From Chrysomallon squamiferum (lineage: Eukaryota > Animalia > Mollusca): a stretch of 64,000 bases of DNA. The notes below the pieces were generated by a model. That model saw only the letters and a program-made list of their open reading frames with translations, did no database searches and was not told where the DNA came from. The first letter of the stretch is position 1; the number at the start of each line of letters is the position of its first letter. This document shows positions 42,011 to 56,800 of the stretch, piece by piece. The position numbers and the translations under genes are program-made. The stretch spans positions 36,084,001 to 36,148,000 of the forward strand of contig CM022665.1 in NCBI GenBank assembly GCA_012295275.1, written 5' to 3'.

Positions 42011-43619
42011 AACTTTCACAAGTTCTGAAATTTGAGATTTTAATAATTTATTGTGAAACTGTATACGCTTGAGAGTACGATTTTATAGTTTACAGCAGAG
42101 AGAAATCTTAGAGGTCTGTGTGTTATTATCTGTGGAAGTATATAACACGCAACAATTTAATTAAACTCGATGCTATTTTGGCTTGAATTTTCTGTTAGTC
42201 TGCTTCTGAATAACCAGCATCAGGGGCGGAAAGGAAAGAACAAGACGGAAATAAATCTATTTTATTTTCGATATGAACCATAATATTATATATATTATAT
42301 ATATGGTTAGTTATGATAAGAAGATAAGTACACAGTCTTGTGTTAAAAAAAAAAAAAAAATAATAAAAATAAAAATAAATGTTTTGTCAAACGCAACATG
42401 TCGCTGTCATTGTTTCGTTATCAGAATCCTCCATTATGATAATTCACTGACAGTTAGTACAAAGTCATATTGACTTCGTCATCTTATACTAAGACATACA
42501 TTTGTTAATCCGTGGCCTTGTAGCTTTGTTATGTGTTGTTGCATTGTTGTTGGTTCATATTATGACATTGTTTGAATATGAAAGATGAATTATATGTGAC
42601 CTTCTTTTTTCAATTTCGATACATTCAGCTAATTAGCCGAGAATATTATTTATGATAATTTTACACAAACAAGTAAATATATGCACATACGTTTGTTTTT
42701 TTCACTTTGAAAAAAAACGAAACAAATATTTTATTTATAATTTTTTAATTATCAGCAGTTAAGCATTTTCAGTATTTTTTTAAATTTTATTTCCTTAAAT
42801 ATTTAATATGCGCAAGAGGAAAATCTCTTGTGTATATTTTGATTTTTATCGTCACATTTCATTTTTTCTTTTTTATATATATATATTTTTTCATACTTAA
42901 TTAACATTACTTCCTCACTTATTTCAAATTAAAGCTATTTATATAGCTTTTTCATACGCGACCACCCTACGTTATGTTACATATGTTTTTTTGTTGGTTT
43001 TTTTACTATATGATTTGTTAAGATACAGATATAGATAAATATATCGAGCGTAGTTCATTTTAATCTGTTTTTATTTTATTTTTTCTATTCACCATTCTAT
43101 GAATTTTCCTGTCCTTTGCAGTAAAACATTATAAATGACTTAACCATTACTCAAACACTTTCTTGATATTATTATTTGTTTAAGTAAACAAAGGATTTAT
43201 TCTATCCATGTTAGTATGGTGGAATAGAAAAAAAAGTTAAAAAAGTAAAATTAAAAATATATATAATTAAAAATGAAAAATTAATACATTTTTCTGCCTA
43301 TTGCATTAAAAATAAAACTGTTGTTAAATAAATTTCTCAGGGTGAACTGTTGAATTTTCTTTTAAATATTACATATTCATCACATTGTTGTTTCTTCTGT
43401 TTATTTTAAAATAAGTAAAATTTCGTATTTATTTGTAAATAACAATATAATTGCTTTTTTATGTACAAACATAAATTGTGGCTATAGACTATTCTGAATC
43501 TACTGTACTGTACATGTGCTTATATATGTTGTTTTTTTAAATTATTTTGTATGATATACTCATTTTTGGAACACCCTGTTTATTATTTTAATAAAAAGAT
43601 TACAAACTACTAGGATTAC

Positions 43620-43890
43620 CACTATAGCTACGACTACTATTACTACAACCATTATTACAACAGTTACTATGATTAATATTACTATTAGAACTATTGCTGT
43701 TACTTTACTACTACTATTACTACTACTACTACTACTACTACTACAACTACAACAACAACAACAACTACTACTACTACTACTACAACTACAACAACAACAA
43801 CAACAACTACTACTACTACTACCACAACTACAACAACAACTACTACTACTACTATTACTAATACTATTTCGGTTACTTACTACTACTCGT
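43620..43890. repeat. Compound trinucleotide repeat (CTA)n/(CAA)n
   Basis: Alternating blocks of cta and caa. Confidence 0.9.
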
Positions 43891-46800
43891 AATAAAATGA
43901 CTAATAAAATGACTAATAAAATGAGTTACATACTGACTGATGTATTCAGAAAGTGCCCACAACAGTTGTGCCTCGCAATAACCTTCAAGGAGAATAACTA
44001 ACAGTGAATAGATTTATTTAAAACAAAAACTGAAACTTCTTTTTCAAACCGTTATTCACATAATTATCAGTATGTTTTCAAAACTGTTATATTGAAAAAA
44101 GTTTTCCATGATTAAGGTCCTTAAACAGGATCTTATCCTTTTCTTTTGTGAACACTTCAATCAAAGTTTATAAAAACATGTTAGAAGTTGAAAGGGTAGA
44201 GTGTTAAAGTTTTCATCTGCTTCAAGTGCCTAATTCTTGCCAGCTCTATTATACATTTCCAAGTGACACCTTAATTTCATAAGTTTAGCCACGTAATAAA
44301 ATAGACTTACTGTAAAAACATCCGCAGTGTATAGAGAAGTTACATGATACGTGACCAAAGACAGGTTATGAAAGTTTATTATGAAAAGATGTCATATGAA
44401 ACAGTCGCCACAAAAAATATTGAAAATAAAAAACTAATAAAAATGTGATTCATAAGAAGTCTTTGAAAATTAGAATCTTTTTACACATCTGCGTAATTAA
44501 AAAAAAAAAAAAAAAAAAAGGTTGCTTTAATAATTTTCTATTCTGCATTATGTATATATAAAATGCAGACAATTTATTGTTGTTTTATGTTCTGTTTCAT
44601 ATGTATTGCATCACTGTATGTAATCTTCATTATAATATTATCTATATTTTTGCGAAATGAGCACATTTTAAAGGCTTTGGATGGTTTTAAACATTTTCAA
44701 AGACGATATTTATATTTCATTAGGTTTTAAAAATGCATTTTTCCTGAATTTTCTATATAAAATATTTTTGTATTTGAGTCTTAAATTCCCTCAAAATATC
44801 ACAGGCAAAGATAGTGAAATAAACTGGATTATTAACCATATCTTTCAAGCGCAACATGTCGCTGTCATGTCGCTTGGCCAGTAAACCTTTCGTCATGTAT
44901 ATTTCATATAATTCATAGCTGTTCTGATTTATATTTTAAAAATAAAAATGGCATTTCATATGTTTGATATTATAACATTGTTATATATTTTTCTATACAG
45001 TAAACGTAAGATATTAATAAGTATTTTTGAAAAGACTGTTGGTTCTATAAAACAGATTTTATGTTTTCTCCAGTTGCTGGAATATATATGCTGTTTACCT
45101 GTGGACAATGTGATAGGAACATTATAAACTGATACCAGTGCGATATAGTTTATTTTCATTTACTTCTCATTATGTACCGAAAACCTTTATTTTGTTTTCT
45201 TAATTAAACTATACTGAAGATCCATTGTTACAATAGATGTTAGTATCCATTTAATCACATTATCACTATTGTAATTTGTTATGCCAACATGATTCATTTG
45301 CTGGAAATGTACACCTATTTTATTGTACAAGCTTACATATTATTACGTAAATATATTTTAAATGCACGATTATGAAAAGGCATTTTCGGTATAAGTTTCC
45401 GAACAACCATTTAATTATTAATACAACGGTCATATGAAATCAGTACAACATCAGTTTAACCGCAAAATTATTATCACTGTTTTATCAGCGGTGGTGTCAA
45501 CATGGTTCCAGTAATTATATGTCTTGTAATTATTAGTATTATTATTACAATCTTCGCTTCTGTCAGTGTAATGGATTAGAAGTGTTAGGGATACCACTGT
45601 TTTAAATACTCTGATAGAAAGATACAGATATCTTTATAATTAATTTCGTTCTATAACTTGTCAAATTCAGTTTTAGTATGCATGTAATACATAAACATAA
45701 ATTCATTTCAAGACCTTGGGTCAGGATAATTCATAAAGAATAAACGATTTTTTCTAATCTTTAGAATACGAATCCAATTTATTTTCAAAGAAAAATGTAA
45801 CAGTTTTAGATCTTTTTTATTCGTATTAAAAAGACAATAAAATATAAATTTTTGTTTTATCTTCATGGAATTTGCATCATGAAAAAAGCATAATATATAT
45901 ATGTATAAAACCTAATTATAAATATTAAAGAAAGAAATACTCTGAAGTCGTTGTTTGAGTACTCTTACAGAAGTGAAGCTGTAGAAATGGTCCAGTGATT
46001 CCACACAAACAGAGAACTGAAGAATCGATGTCGTGACATTAATACGTTTACAAAGAACCGTGTTAATGCTGACCTCAAACTGTCACCATGGTGCACAAGA
46101 AATGATGTTCTGATTATGTAGAATCAAATTCCCCAGCCTGCGGGGCCAGCAGAATAATGCTGTAAAACTAGACTAATCATAAAGAAAAACTAGTTCAAGT
46201 TGGCTGTGTACAGAATTTTTTTTTTTTTTTGAAAATTTGTTCCAGTAGTTCGTATTACATTGGAAGTCTTTCTTTAATTATACATATATCTGTAGGTACA
46301 TACATACATACATAAACATTTACGTACGTACCCACCTCACATATAAACCACACACATATACATACATAGATACAGAAACATAAAAATCCTTATGTAATGG
46401 TTGTGATGAGTTTGTTCTTCCTATGCGCTGTTTGTATACGTTTCAAAATGTGTTGAAAAATATTAATAACGTGTAAATAATATGACTGTCTTTATATATA
46501 TATGTATTTCAATAGCCCAGTAATGACATCACATATAAAAATATATGTAATAATAAACTTTCTCTCATAAACCTTATTCATTTTATAAACAGATATTTCT
46601 GCATTACAATATTATATAGTCTTTTTTCATGAGTAGCAGGTTAAAGCCCTCTAGCACGGATTAGCAAGCAGATCAAAAGATACTCGAATTAACTGAAGGG
46701 CTTAATGCAGCTGTAAAAGATGTATTTCAAATAAATTACTTTTTTTAGTAATTTTATATACTTACAAGGAGTAGCTCTTGCATTTTTATAGATTTCTGGG

Positions 46801-47999
46801 ATGTTTTTCTTTTCTGTTTTTTTCATTTGGTTTGGAGGGGGTTTGTTGACTTTTCCTTTTTGTTTTTGTTTTTTCCTTTTAATTTTTTTTTTTTCGTGAA
46901 ATTATTATTTTAGTCTCATTTTCTTACTCATTACACATACTAAAACTTTAATAAAAAAAATATTTTTCTGTCTGTCGAATGCCAGAATAGTCTAAGCTCA
47001 CAGAACGTTGTTTTTGAGATAATTGGTTCTGAAAGTTTCTTTTGGTCCGAGAATGAAAATTAAATGTCAGCATAGTTTTACATTTTGACAGAGACCGATC
47101 TTATCATTGTCTAACACAACAGACGTTATTTACGAATTTTTTTTTTGTTTCTTTGGGGAAAAATTACACTCAGTATCATCTTTTCGTAAATCCAACCATA
47201 TGCCTTTTAGTTCCAATACTGTATTACCAATAATTATTATATTATTAGTTTTGTGCATTATGGTACCCATAACATAATATCAGTATTATAATGCCAACCA
47301 TTTACTTTATTATATCATAACTGTAATGTCAGTCATATACATTATGGTATCAACACTGCAATATAACCTTTATAACACGAATAATTTGTATTATAATACC
47401 AGTGTAATTCCAGTTTCTGTGCAATATGCTTTGCAAATAATTCTTAATTCTTAATTCTTTTCACATGTTTATTAAACTGAGCTTGTTATTGGAATGTTTA
47501 TAAATACCCAACAACGGATACGTCATCCTTAGCCTGTAAATAATTATGGTTATATATGGCTTCAGTATTCGGAATGATTCATATGTAAACTATTTGGTAA
47601 AGGACACGGCGATCGTAAATTTATTTCACAGTGAAAAGTTAACCATTTACCACTGCTCTGTTACTGTTGAATGATGTCAGATATGTTGTTGCTGTTGCTA
47701 TTATTATTATTATTATTATTATTAAAATTATTATTATTATTATTATTTTTTTTTTTTTCATATAAAATGTAAGATCTTGTTTATGTTTGCTTTATGTCTA
47801 ATGTACTAAACTATGGTTTGCTCGTAAACATTTGATTTAATTTGTATTTCTGTATTAACTATAAAATCTTGCTACATAACAAAAACATACATATCTGTAA
47901 CAGTTACAGATGACAACTATTTTGTGTACTGAATGATGTGACACTGTAATAAAATATATTTATGTTTAAATGAGAGTTTGTTAATGATTATATATACGG

Positions 48000-48240
48000 A
48001 TGCATGTACGTACGTATCTATGTATGTATGTGTGTTTATAATTACCTACTTACATAATTATATACGTTCGTACATACGTACATACATATATATATATGTG
48101 TATATATGCATGTACGTACGTATCTATGTATGTATGTATGTGTGTGTATTTATACCTATTTACATATTTATATACGTTCGTACATACGTACATACATATA
48201 TATATATATATGTGTATGTATGTATGTACGTACGTACGCA
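48000..48240. repeat. ~107-bp duplication of a TACG/TATG microsatellite mosaic
   Basis: atgcatgtacgtacgtatctatgtatg at ~48000 and ~48106; tatacgttcgtacatacgtacatacatata at 48061 and 48171. Confidence 0.8.
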
Positions 48241-49520
48241 TGTAAGTATGTAGGTAGGTACGTATCTTTCTGTGTTTTATTATCAGCTGTATGTTATGAT
48301 TTATTTTGAATTATATTAATCACAGTTCATAAAACATTTTCTTGTACGTTTTTTCTTCTTTTAGCGACCTTTTCTTCTCTTTTTCATCTTTTAAATGGAA
48401 AAAATATATTACCTAATCAATTCTATTATTATCCCGCTGTCAGCAGAGAAGATCATTTAGGATCAGTAACAGGAAAAAGTATTTCTAAATGTGACGTCCT
48501 TTGAAGTGAATTAATTGAACAAAATTTCTACCGTCGACTTTTTTTTTAAAAGTCAAACCTTTGTAATTATTCTCGACTGTCCATGAAGTTAATAAAACTA
48601 GGATTACCAAGCCATCGTCCTTTCCTGTTTGTATCTCTTTAATCTATTTCTGGCGTTACAAAAGGGAAAGAGAAAAAAGAAAGAGAGAAAAAAACCAACA
48701 CGACTAGTTTCATTTATACTTTGCAAGTTGTCTGTCAATGACGTATGTCTGATGATACCTCAGTACGCAGTTGTGATTTTGAAGAATATATATGTACGTG
48801 TATATTCTTTTTTAGCTTCTTTGTTCTGTCTTTTTTCTGTCTTTTTTCTGTCTTTCCTTTCTTGTTTTCCTTCTTTTTGTTTTTTTCTTTTTTTTTCTTC
48901 TTAAGAATGAAAATGATACTATGGTTCAGTGGTTCGACCAAAAACAGAAAGAGAGCCCGAAGACATCGAAAGTTTAATATTCTTCCTTGGAGATAGAATT
49001 TTTGCACTCAAACGAAACACTGTTAATGAATCATATTATTCTCGTAATGGTATTTAGTATCCTGTTTCCTCGTGATTTTCTTTCACTATATTACTTTTTT
49101 CTTTCCTATTTTAGAACTAAAATAACTAACAAAGGTTCGTGAGATTCAGAAACATAATCCAGGTTTCTAAAAAAATATATATAAAAAAATAAAAATATAA
49201 AATATAATAAAAGATGCATGATGTAACAGGTAGACATATGACATTTATAGATTACGGATTTGAAATTAACGGGCTCTATATTGTATTTCAATCACTGATG
49301 TCTTAGTACGGAGAATGGAGTTTTTTGTCTAACATGATGCTGTAAAATCTACAAATTTTCAAAGAAGGCTTTTTTTTTACTAATGAGACAACGAACTGAA
49401 CAGTTTCCAATAAACAAAATCTATAACTATTTAAGTACGCTTAGGAAAGGTTAACGGATATGAGATCATGAATCGTTTATTGCAACAAAATGAAATACTT
49501 TTAAGATCTTAACGTTTTTT

Positions 49521-49521
<1 letters not shown>

Positions 49522-49611
<90 letters not shown>

Positions 49612-49640
49612 TGTGTGTATGTGCGCGCGTGTGTGTGTGT
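49522..49640. repeat. Compound (AG)n(TG)n microsatellite
   Basis: AG run 49522-49609 followed by TG/CG repeats. Confidence 0.95.
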
Positions 49641-49827
49641 ATCCTTGGCTCTACACATCTGTGGTTACATTCTGTGGATAATCTATAATTTAAAGTACTT
49701 ACGTCACAATGAAACAAAATCCGATTTAGTACTGTTACAGATGCTGACATTTAAGTCATGAACACGATCAGCAACAAATGAACTGTTATAGTAGCAACAG
49801 CAGTAGTAATATTAATAGTAGAATTGA

Positions 49828-49863
<36 letters not shown>

Positions 49864-50663
49864 CGTAGTAATAGTAGTAGTAACAGTGGTGGTGGTGATA
49901 ATAATAGAAGCAAAATTTGTAGTAAAAGCAGAAATAATAGTAGCAGTAGTAGAAGTAATAGTAGTAGTCTTAGTAACAGTGGTTGTTGTCTGATTTGCTG
50001 TCGGACAAACCCAGACGGTCACAATGGCAGCCTGTTGTACAACGTTTAAAAATCACCTTTGTGAGGAGTTTAAAAGCCTGCTCAAGCAACGTTTTTAGAC
50101 ATATAGTCCACTGTTAGACAGAGCTGGTACCAAAATCCCGGCCCACGCATTCACTTTCACTCCCATCCGCTTCGCTTGTGATAGGCGAAATGTATGCAGG
50201 TCATGTTGCTGTCTTATTTTTAATTTCAGAACACCAGTCACCACCCTACTGTTTTATCACCGAGTTAAAATGGTAACATTTCAGATTATTAGTTGTTAAG
50301 TGTTCCTTTTCAGATTCAGTTCAGTACATGCACATCAGATATACTTAGAATATTCTATTTTCCTGGTACAGAAATAACTCAGGCCAACCTAATCTTCGGG
50401 AGGACAACCTGAAAAAAGTTCACAGCTGTTCTCTGGCCAACCAGACAAAATCCTTGATCACTGGTTTCAGCAGTAGCGGTAGTAGTAGTAGTAGTAGTAG
50501 CAGTAGTTGTAATAGTAGTAGTAGCAATATTGCTATTATTAATATTATTATTATTAAACTATTTCCTTTTCTTTTCTTTTACTAAGTGTGCAAACAGAGA
50601 TAACTGAAATTTACCAGATCATTCAAACATTGGGCAGAGGTTATAACAATCCCTTTGGTTTTC

Positions 50664-50694
<31 letters not shown>

Positions 50695-52846
50695 TTCGAG
50701 CGCGCTAACGTACGAATTGTATCTCACCATGCGTACCGCACCGCCATATCTCATGGATTATTTCTTTAATAGGTCCCTATAAATATCAAATTAATATTAC
50801 TCGCAAAACCTTCAGAAAATGTTTACAAAATTAATGTAGGCCGATAAGCCATTGGAACATATTTAACTGAAACAGGGCTGTCGTAATAATCAGTTCAAAC
50901 TGCCGACAGAACTTTGTTTTCATTGATTGCGGAAATTGTTGTCAGGAAAATAGCAGCATTTTACCATCTTGTCTCACATATATATATTTATATATATAAA
51001 AAAAAAACTATATTACCAATGGTTTTGTGGCAAAGAGATGAAATTGAACTGCCTGAGGTCTGATATTTTGTTTAAATTATTGTCGTATAAAAATACAGAA
51101 ACAAATATTTTTCTATTACGTTTCTAGCGGTTTAATTACGTTGTGATGGACACCGCATTGAACGTATTTACTGGCCGATATTAGTAACAGAGCCCCGTGT
51201 CAGAATTTATTAATGACTTCCTCGACGTACGCGATGACAGTGTCCAGAAATACCTAATCTCTAGGCAACTCTGTGTGCCTGTCACAAACATACTTCTAAA
51301 CGATGGATCACACGGAGAAACATTTGCAAGAGAAAATGAGGCAAAATCGACAGGTGTTCGCGAAAAATCCACAAAAAAACATGGAGGATAATTCATGTGT
51401 TTTTTAGGGATAGATTTGTTTTCTTGAAGAGATTAGAAAATACGGTTAACTTTTTTTTCTTTTATATCTTTCTTTTTTCTTTTTTTTCTTTCTCTTTGTC
51501 TCTTTTTCTCTCTTACTCTGCCTGTCTGTCTCTCTCTCCGAGTGAGTTATATATATATATTTCTGTTTTGTTGTTCAACTGTGCGTATGTATTCAACATA
51601 TAATAAAAAATATTTTTATGTTTTATGACATTTATTATTAGCTGAGTTTGATCTTTAGAAATAGCTTTGTTTTCTGTTAGTTTTAGAAATAATAAGATAT
51701 TTGTTTGCATAGCCTTAGATACACATTCCTATCACTACACACACTTAATATTAATACAAAACAACTTTAATATTATAATGAATGTATGGCTTGGGTAGTC
51801 AGATTATACTAAAATACATTATTTCAAAAACAACAACAACCATTACTACTACTACTGTTGCTATTATTACTGTTATTACTGCTTTCACTATTATAACTAC
51901 CATTACTACAGCTGCTTCTGCTACTGCTGCTACTACTACTGCTACAACTACTACTGTTATTATAAGAAAAATGGGTTGTTATTGTTGTTATTATTTTTAT
52001 TTTATCTTCTTTTCATTATTATTGTTGTTGTTGATAATGTGATTATTAATAAAATGCGAGAGACAAAGCTCATAGTGTTACACTAATTAGTGTATTGTCA
52101 GAATACAGTTTAGGTCTGTTTAATTTCTATAAATAATTGAAAACAGCAGATGATATATGATTAGCACACCCATACTCAGAAACACGGGTACTTTTCTTAG
52201 ACGACAAGAACCTATTTATTACAAGGCTCTAATTGCAAAGACATCGGTCAACAGCCGAAAACTCCAGACATTATAATAATACATATCTTTTCCTAATTAT
52301 CATAAGAATATGATCAGTAACTACCACTATAATTACAAAAGAATATTAATTAAATATATGCAGAAAATGGAATTCGTGGATAGAAAGGATGTATTTAAGG
52401 CGAACACTACAGTATTGCTAATAAAGTAAATCAGATTTCACACATCAAATTGAGCAGTATGTTCAGGTTGATGACCAAAGCTCATTTACCTCACAGGAAA
52501 GATGTCGGTGTTGTATTTATGGATAGCACTTTCCTGTTTGTCGTTCAAAATGAGGGTAATAAACCTACAGAAATGGAAATAAATAATTAGTTAGGTGTGT
52601 AGATATATTTACACATCGAATGCATTTTGGATTCTCTGTCTCTATCCTATCATCAGTTTCTGTGTTTTTTTGTTCGTGTATTATTCATTGTCAAGTCTTT
52701 AAGCTTCGTACTTGTTATCTTTTTTGTTATTTTGTTTACCATTATCAGTTTATTCTTCTGAAATGTCACTAACATTATTGTTCAACATTTATTCTTCTGA
52801 AATTGTCACTCAACATCACTATCAATATTGTCTATTATTAACATAC

Positions 52847-53254
52847 TATCAATATATTGTTCATCATTAAGTTTGTCTATTATCAGTTTATTGTTCATCA
52901 TCAGCATTGTTCATTATCAACATACTTTTTATTATTAAGATTGTTTACTATCAATATATTGTTCATCATTAAGTTTGTCTATTATCAGTTTATTGTTCAT
53001 CATCAGCATTGTTCATTATCAACATACTTTTTATTATTAAGATTGTTTACTATCAATATATTGTTCATCATTAAGTTTGTCTATTATCAGTTTATTGTTC
53101 ATCATCAGCATTGTTCATTATCAACATACTTTTTATTATTAAGATTGTTTACTATCAATATATTGTTCATCATTAAGTTTGTCTATTATCAGTTTATTGT
53201 TCATCATCAGCATTGTTCATTATCAACATACTTTTTATTATTAAGATTGTCTAT
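52847..53254. repeat. 102-bp higher-order repeat (3 x 34 bp), 4 near-identical copies, inside a degenerate 34-bp array (~52740-53530)
   Basis: Units start at 52847, 52949, 53051, 53153; free 34-bp monomers tatcaacatattgttcatcattaagtt.gtctat at 53307 and 53341. Confidence 0.95.
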
Positions 53255-53622
53255 TATCAATATATTGTTCATCATTAACACTGTTGAGTATGAGTAAATT
53301 GTTCGTTATCAACATATTGTTCATCATTAAGTTTGTCTATTATCAACATATTGTTCATCATTAAGTTCGTCTATTATCAACATATTGTTCATCATTAATA
53401 TTGTTCATAATTAATATTTTGATCATTATTAATATTATTCATCACAAATATATATTTTTATAATCAACATTGTTTATTATCAACATATTGTTCATCATCA
53501 AGTTTGCCTATTATCAATATATTGTTGATTATCACTATTTTTGTTTTGTTATTTACATCTTCTTTGTCGTTATTTCATCATCAGCCTATTGTTTATTATT
53601 AATATCTTGATCTTCATCATCA

Positions 53623-53729
<107 letters not shown>

Positions 53730-54901
53730 TCCCTCTGTTTACCTCTCTATATTTTTGTTTATTTTACTATTACAGATGGGCAGGTATCGATAAATATTCT
53801 GTTGGTTTTGGTTGTCTACGTCTTTCCAAGGAAGGGATATAAAAAAGAAGGCTTATCAAATAAATCTCTCGTGTTTATCTCCCTTGTTTAAATATTTTAG
53901 TTCTAGGGTAGCGAACTGTAACGTTATACGATAAAATAAAATAAAAATAATAATAATAATAATAATAAAAATAAAATAATCAAAAATTAAAAAAATAGCG
54001 ATAAAAATGTATTAAAGGCTATTTTTAAATTGATTGTGATCTGCGTGAAACATTCTCTATTTATAATAATAATAACAATAATAATAATAACAACAGCAAC
54101 ATCAACATCAACAACAATAATAATAAAATATTGCTTTTTTGAATCTTCGAACAAACCAAATGTATTAAATTTCGATGTTTTTAGATGTGTATGACCTTTT
54201 TGCTTTCTTCTTCTTTCTTCTTTATTTTTTTATTTTTTATTTTTTTTACACATAGAGAAAACAATTAACGTAAAAACAAGATTAATATTCAGACGATAAA
54301 AACATGTTTACGTCAAAGAAGAACTGACTGTGTTTCTAGAAGAAAGGCAGCGCCAGCGTTCAGAACAAAGCACGATATTCTCTTTGTTGACGTTACTTCA
54401 AAGAATGGGTGATATTCACTGGCAGCAGAAGTGATCGACTTATTCCTTTTGCTAAATGCAGTTATCGACCAAGACTCAAAAATGTCGTTCCATTATCTAA
54501 TGTTGATTTCGTCGTAAACTGAATTTTCTGATTCTTTGGTGGGCTTTCTTCCTTTCTTTGTTCCTTTTTTTTTTTTTTTTTGCTCCTTTTTTTCTGTGGT
54601 TTTTTAATATATTTTGTTCTTGCATAAAGGGTGGATTTTCTTTATCTGCGTGTGTTCATTTTGTATGTGTGTATATGTATGTGTGTGTGTGTATTTGTGT
54701 TGTTTTTCGTTCAGGTATATGTATATTTTATGACATTGAAAAAAATATCAAGCTTTTCGACCAAATAAACAAATAAAAAAATACACCAGACAAAAGGTTC
54801 TGACATTTTTAGGTCATAATGACTTCAGAAAAATTTTCAAATAGAAAATATGATAAATCTGTCGCAAAAGTAAATGGTGTTTTCCTCAAATTGTGTATTG
54901 A

Positions 54902-54938
<37 letters not shown>

Positions 54939-56489
54939 TATTCATTTCTATAGCCTCCTATATACCATATTTGGTTCTCTCCCGACAGTTTGCCTGCCTA
55001 AGAATCCAGCGTCTTGTTATTTCACATCACGAAACTAAATTTATTTGTTTATTTATTATTTTTTTTTTATTTATACCATGAACGAGTTATAACTGAAACA
55101 GTTTTCAGTCACTACACAGATGATGATATAAACTGTTAGAGGTAACACGGTATTGACGTCTGTATGCTCAACGATACTGTTTAATTTTTATGGATGAGGA
55201 GGAATGTGTAATTACAGACATTTCTTGTACAATGAGGGGGCGTTTTAATTGTTATAATCGAAACCTTCTGTTCGTAGTTGTAAGACAAACAACACGTGTC
55301 TAGGACAGCTGAATAATGAGAGTAATACAGTCTTAGTGGTGATTATGGGACACGGTTTGTTTTCAACGGAATTTAATAGTTGTGTTTGTTTTACTGTGGA
55401 TTTGGTTATATTCGGCGGTTTTGAAAATTTGAGCCATGGATTTAGATTATATCTGAACACACACACTAAAAAAAAAAAAAAAAAAAAGATAAATAATAAC
55501 AATAAAAATAAATCAATCAATCAATAAAAAAAAAAAAAATAAATAAATAAATACATTAAAATACAATTTATATATATTCCATGTTTAGATATTTTACGAA
55601 ACCCCCGTGTGTGCATGTTAATGGGAAAAAGTTCAGTTACGCTTATATATATACTTTTCCCATTAACATACATACATACATATACATACATACATACATA
55701 TATAGTTCTAGCTCTCTGTATTATTATATCTAATCAAAATTTCAGCTTACTTCCTTAGACAGTTCGCGAAGAAGGTGCCTTGAAATATTTATCTATAGCA
55801 CTGTTACGTTAATAAGTTAGTGAAAAAGAAAAGTCTTATCATCTATATCGTCTCCAGATTCCAAAGATGTTTTAGGATCCGCTAGCCAAATTCGATCTTA
55901 TAACTGACCATCTGTAAGAAAGCGAATGTCTTCTGTAAAAAAATAAAATATATTGACTTCTGCGCAGCCAGGATGACATTTTGCGAGTGAACAGTTTACC
56001 GATTTATGATACAGCAGCTATTCCTTTTCTTTGTCGTCTATTGTTCTGCAGACAAAACACGGGCGATAACTACGTCGATTGATCAGATGACAGTACAGAT
56101 CGTTGCACATGTAACTATGGCAATTCTTCCTAACAAATATCGATTTATCCATGTGCTTCAGACTGATGAATTGCATTACGCATTTCTGATACCATCACGC
56201 GCTAGCGCAAATTTACTTAAACAAAACGTGATCTTTTTTCTTTCTTTTTTTTCGTTTTCCTTGTGCTTCTTTTTTAATTGTTTATTTATTCATATCAGAC
56301 AGAATCCCCCCCCAAACTACTAAATAATTGAATAAATATATAAATAATCACACCCGTCTGGTAAAGCTAGCAATACCTCGTGAATTATTCATGAAGTCCC
56401 CTCAGCGCACGTATTATGATAAAGAAGTTCGCTGTGGTATTGATTTCTGCGGTTGTTGGAATTCGCGGATGGGAGATTTTCACGCCTTC

Positions 56490-56800
56490 TGGATCAGTCA
56501 TAAGCCGAACACACTCTAAAAGCTGGTACGATAATGCAGTAGGCTTGTTAGAATCTCTCCACTGGATGGATAAAGCAATCTTCGGATAGCCTGGATTCGA
56601 AGAAGTCTTGTAGTGGATTTTGGATCAGGAATAGTTAAAGTTCTAGAGGTGAGTCTTTATTGTTTGTCGTTTGTTGACTTTAATCAGAAAACATATGGAA
56701 GCATGATTCATGAAATCTGTATCGATTCTTTGAATTTTAAGAGTTAAAATCGAAAGTGGGTGGAAAGCGTCTATGCAGTTTATTATGCTTTCACCGGATA
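56490..56800 (+). mobile_element. Degenerate non-LTR retrotransposon reverse-transcriptase fragment (RTE-like)
   Basis: Correctly ordered decayed RT motifs with stops/frameshifts: WISHKPNTL*KL...RL (cf. GISLLNTLYK...RL), tag-cct-gga-ttc at 56587-56598 (cf. QAGF), FVDFNQKTYGS from 56670 (cf. FVDFxKAYDS), KWVESVYAVY (cf. K.I..I..LY). Confidence 0.5.

Noticed and set aside
51197-51391. Protein-like 64-aa ORF (GTG start)
   Set aside because: No recognised family, no convincing splice sites or partner exons; more likely non-coding.
52857-53297. 146-aa ORF with 34-aa repeats
   Set aside because: Consequence of a 102-bp satellite; AT-rich, flanking monomers (34 bp) break frame.
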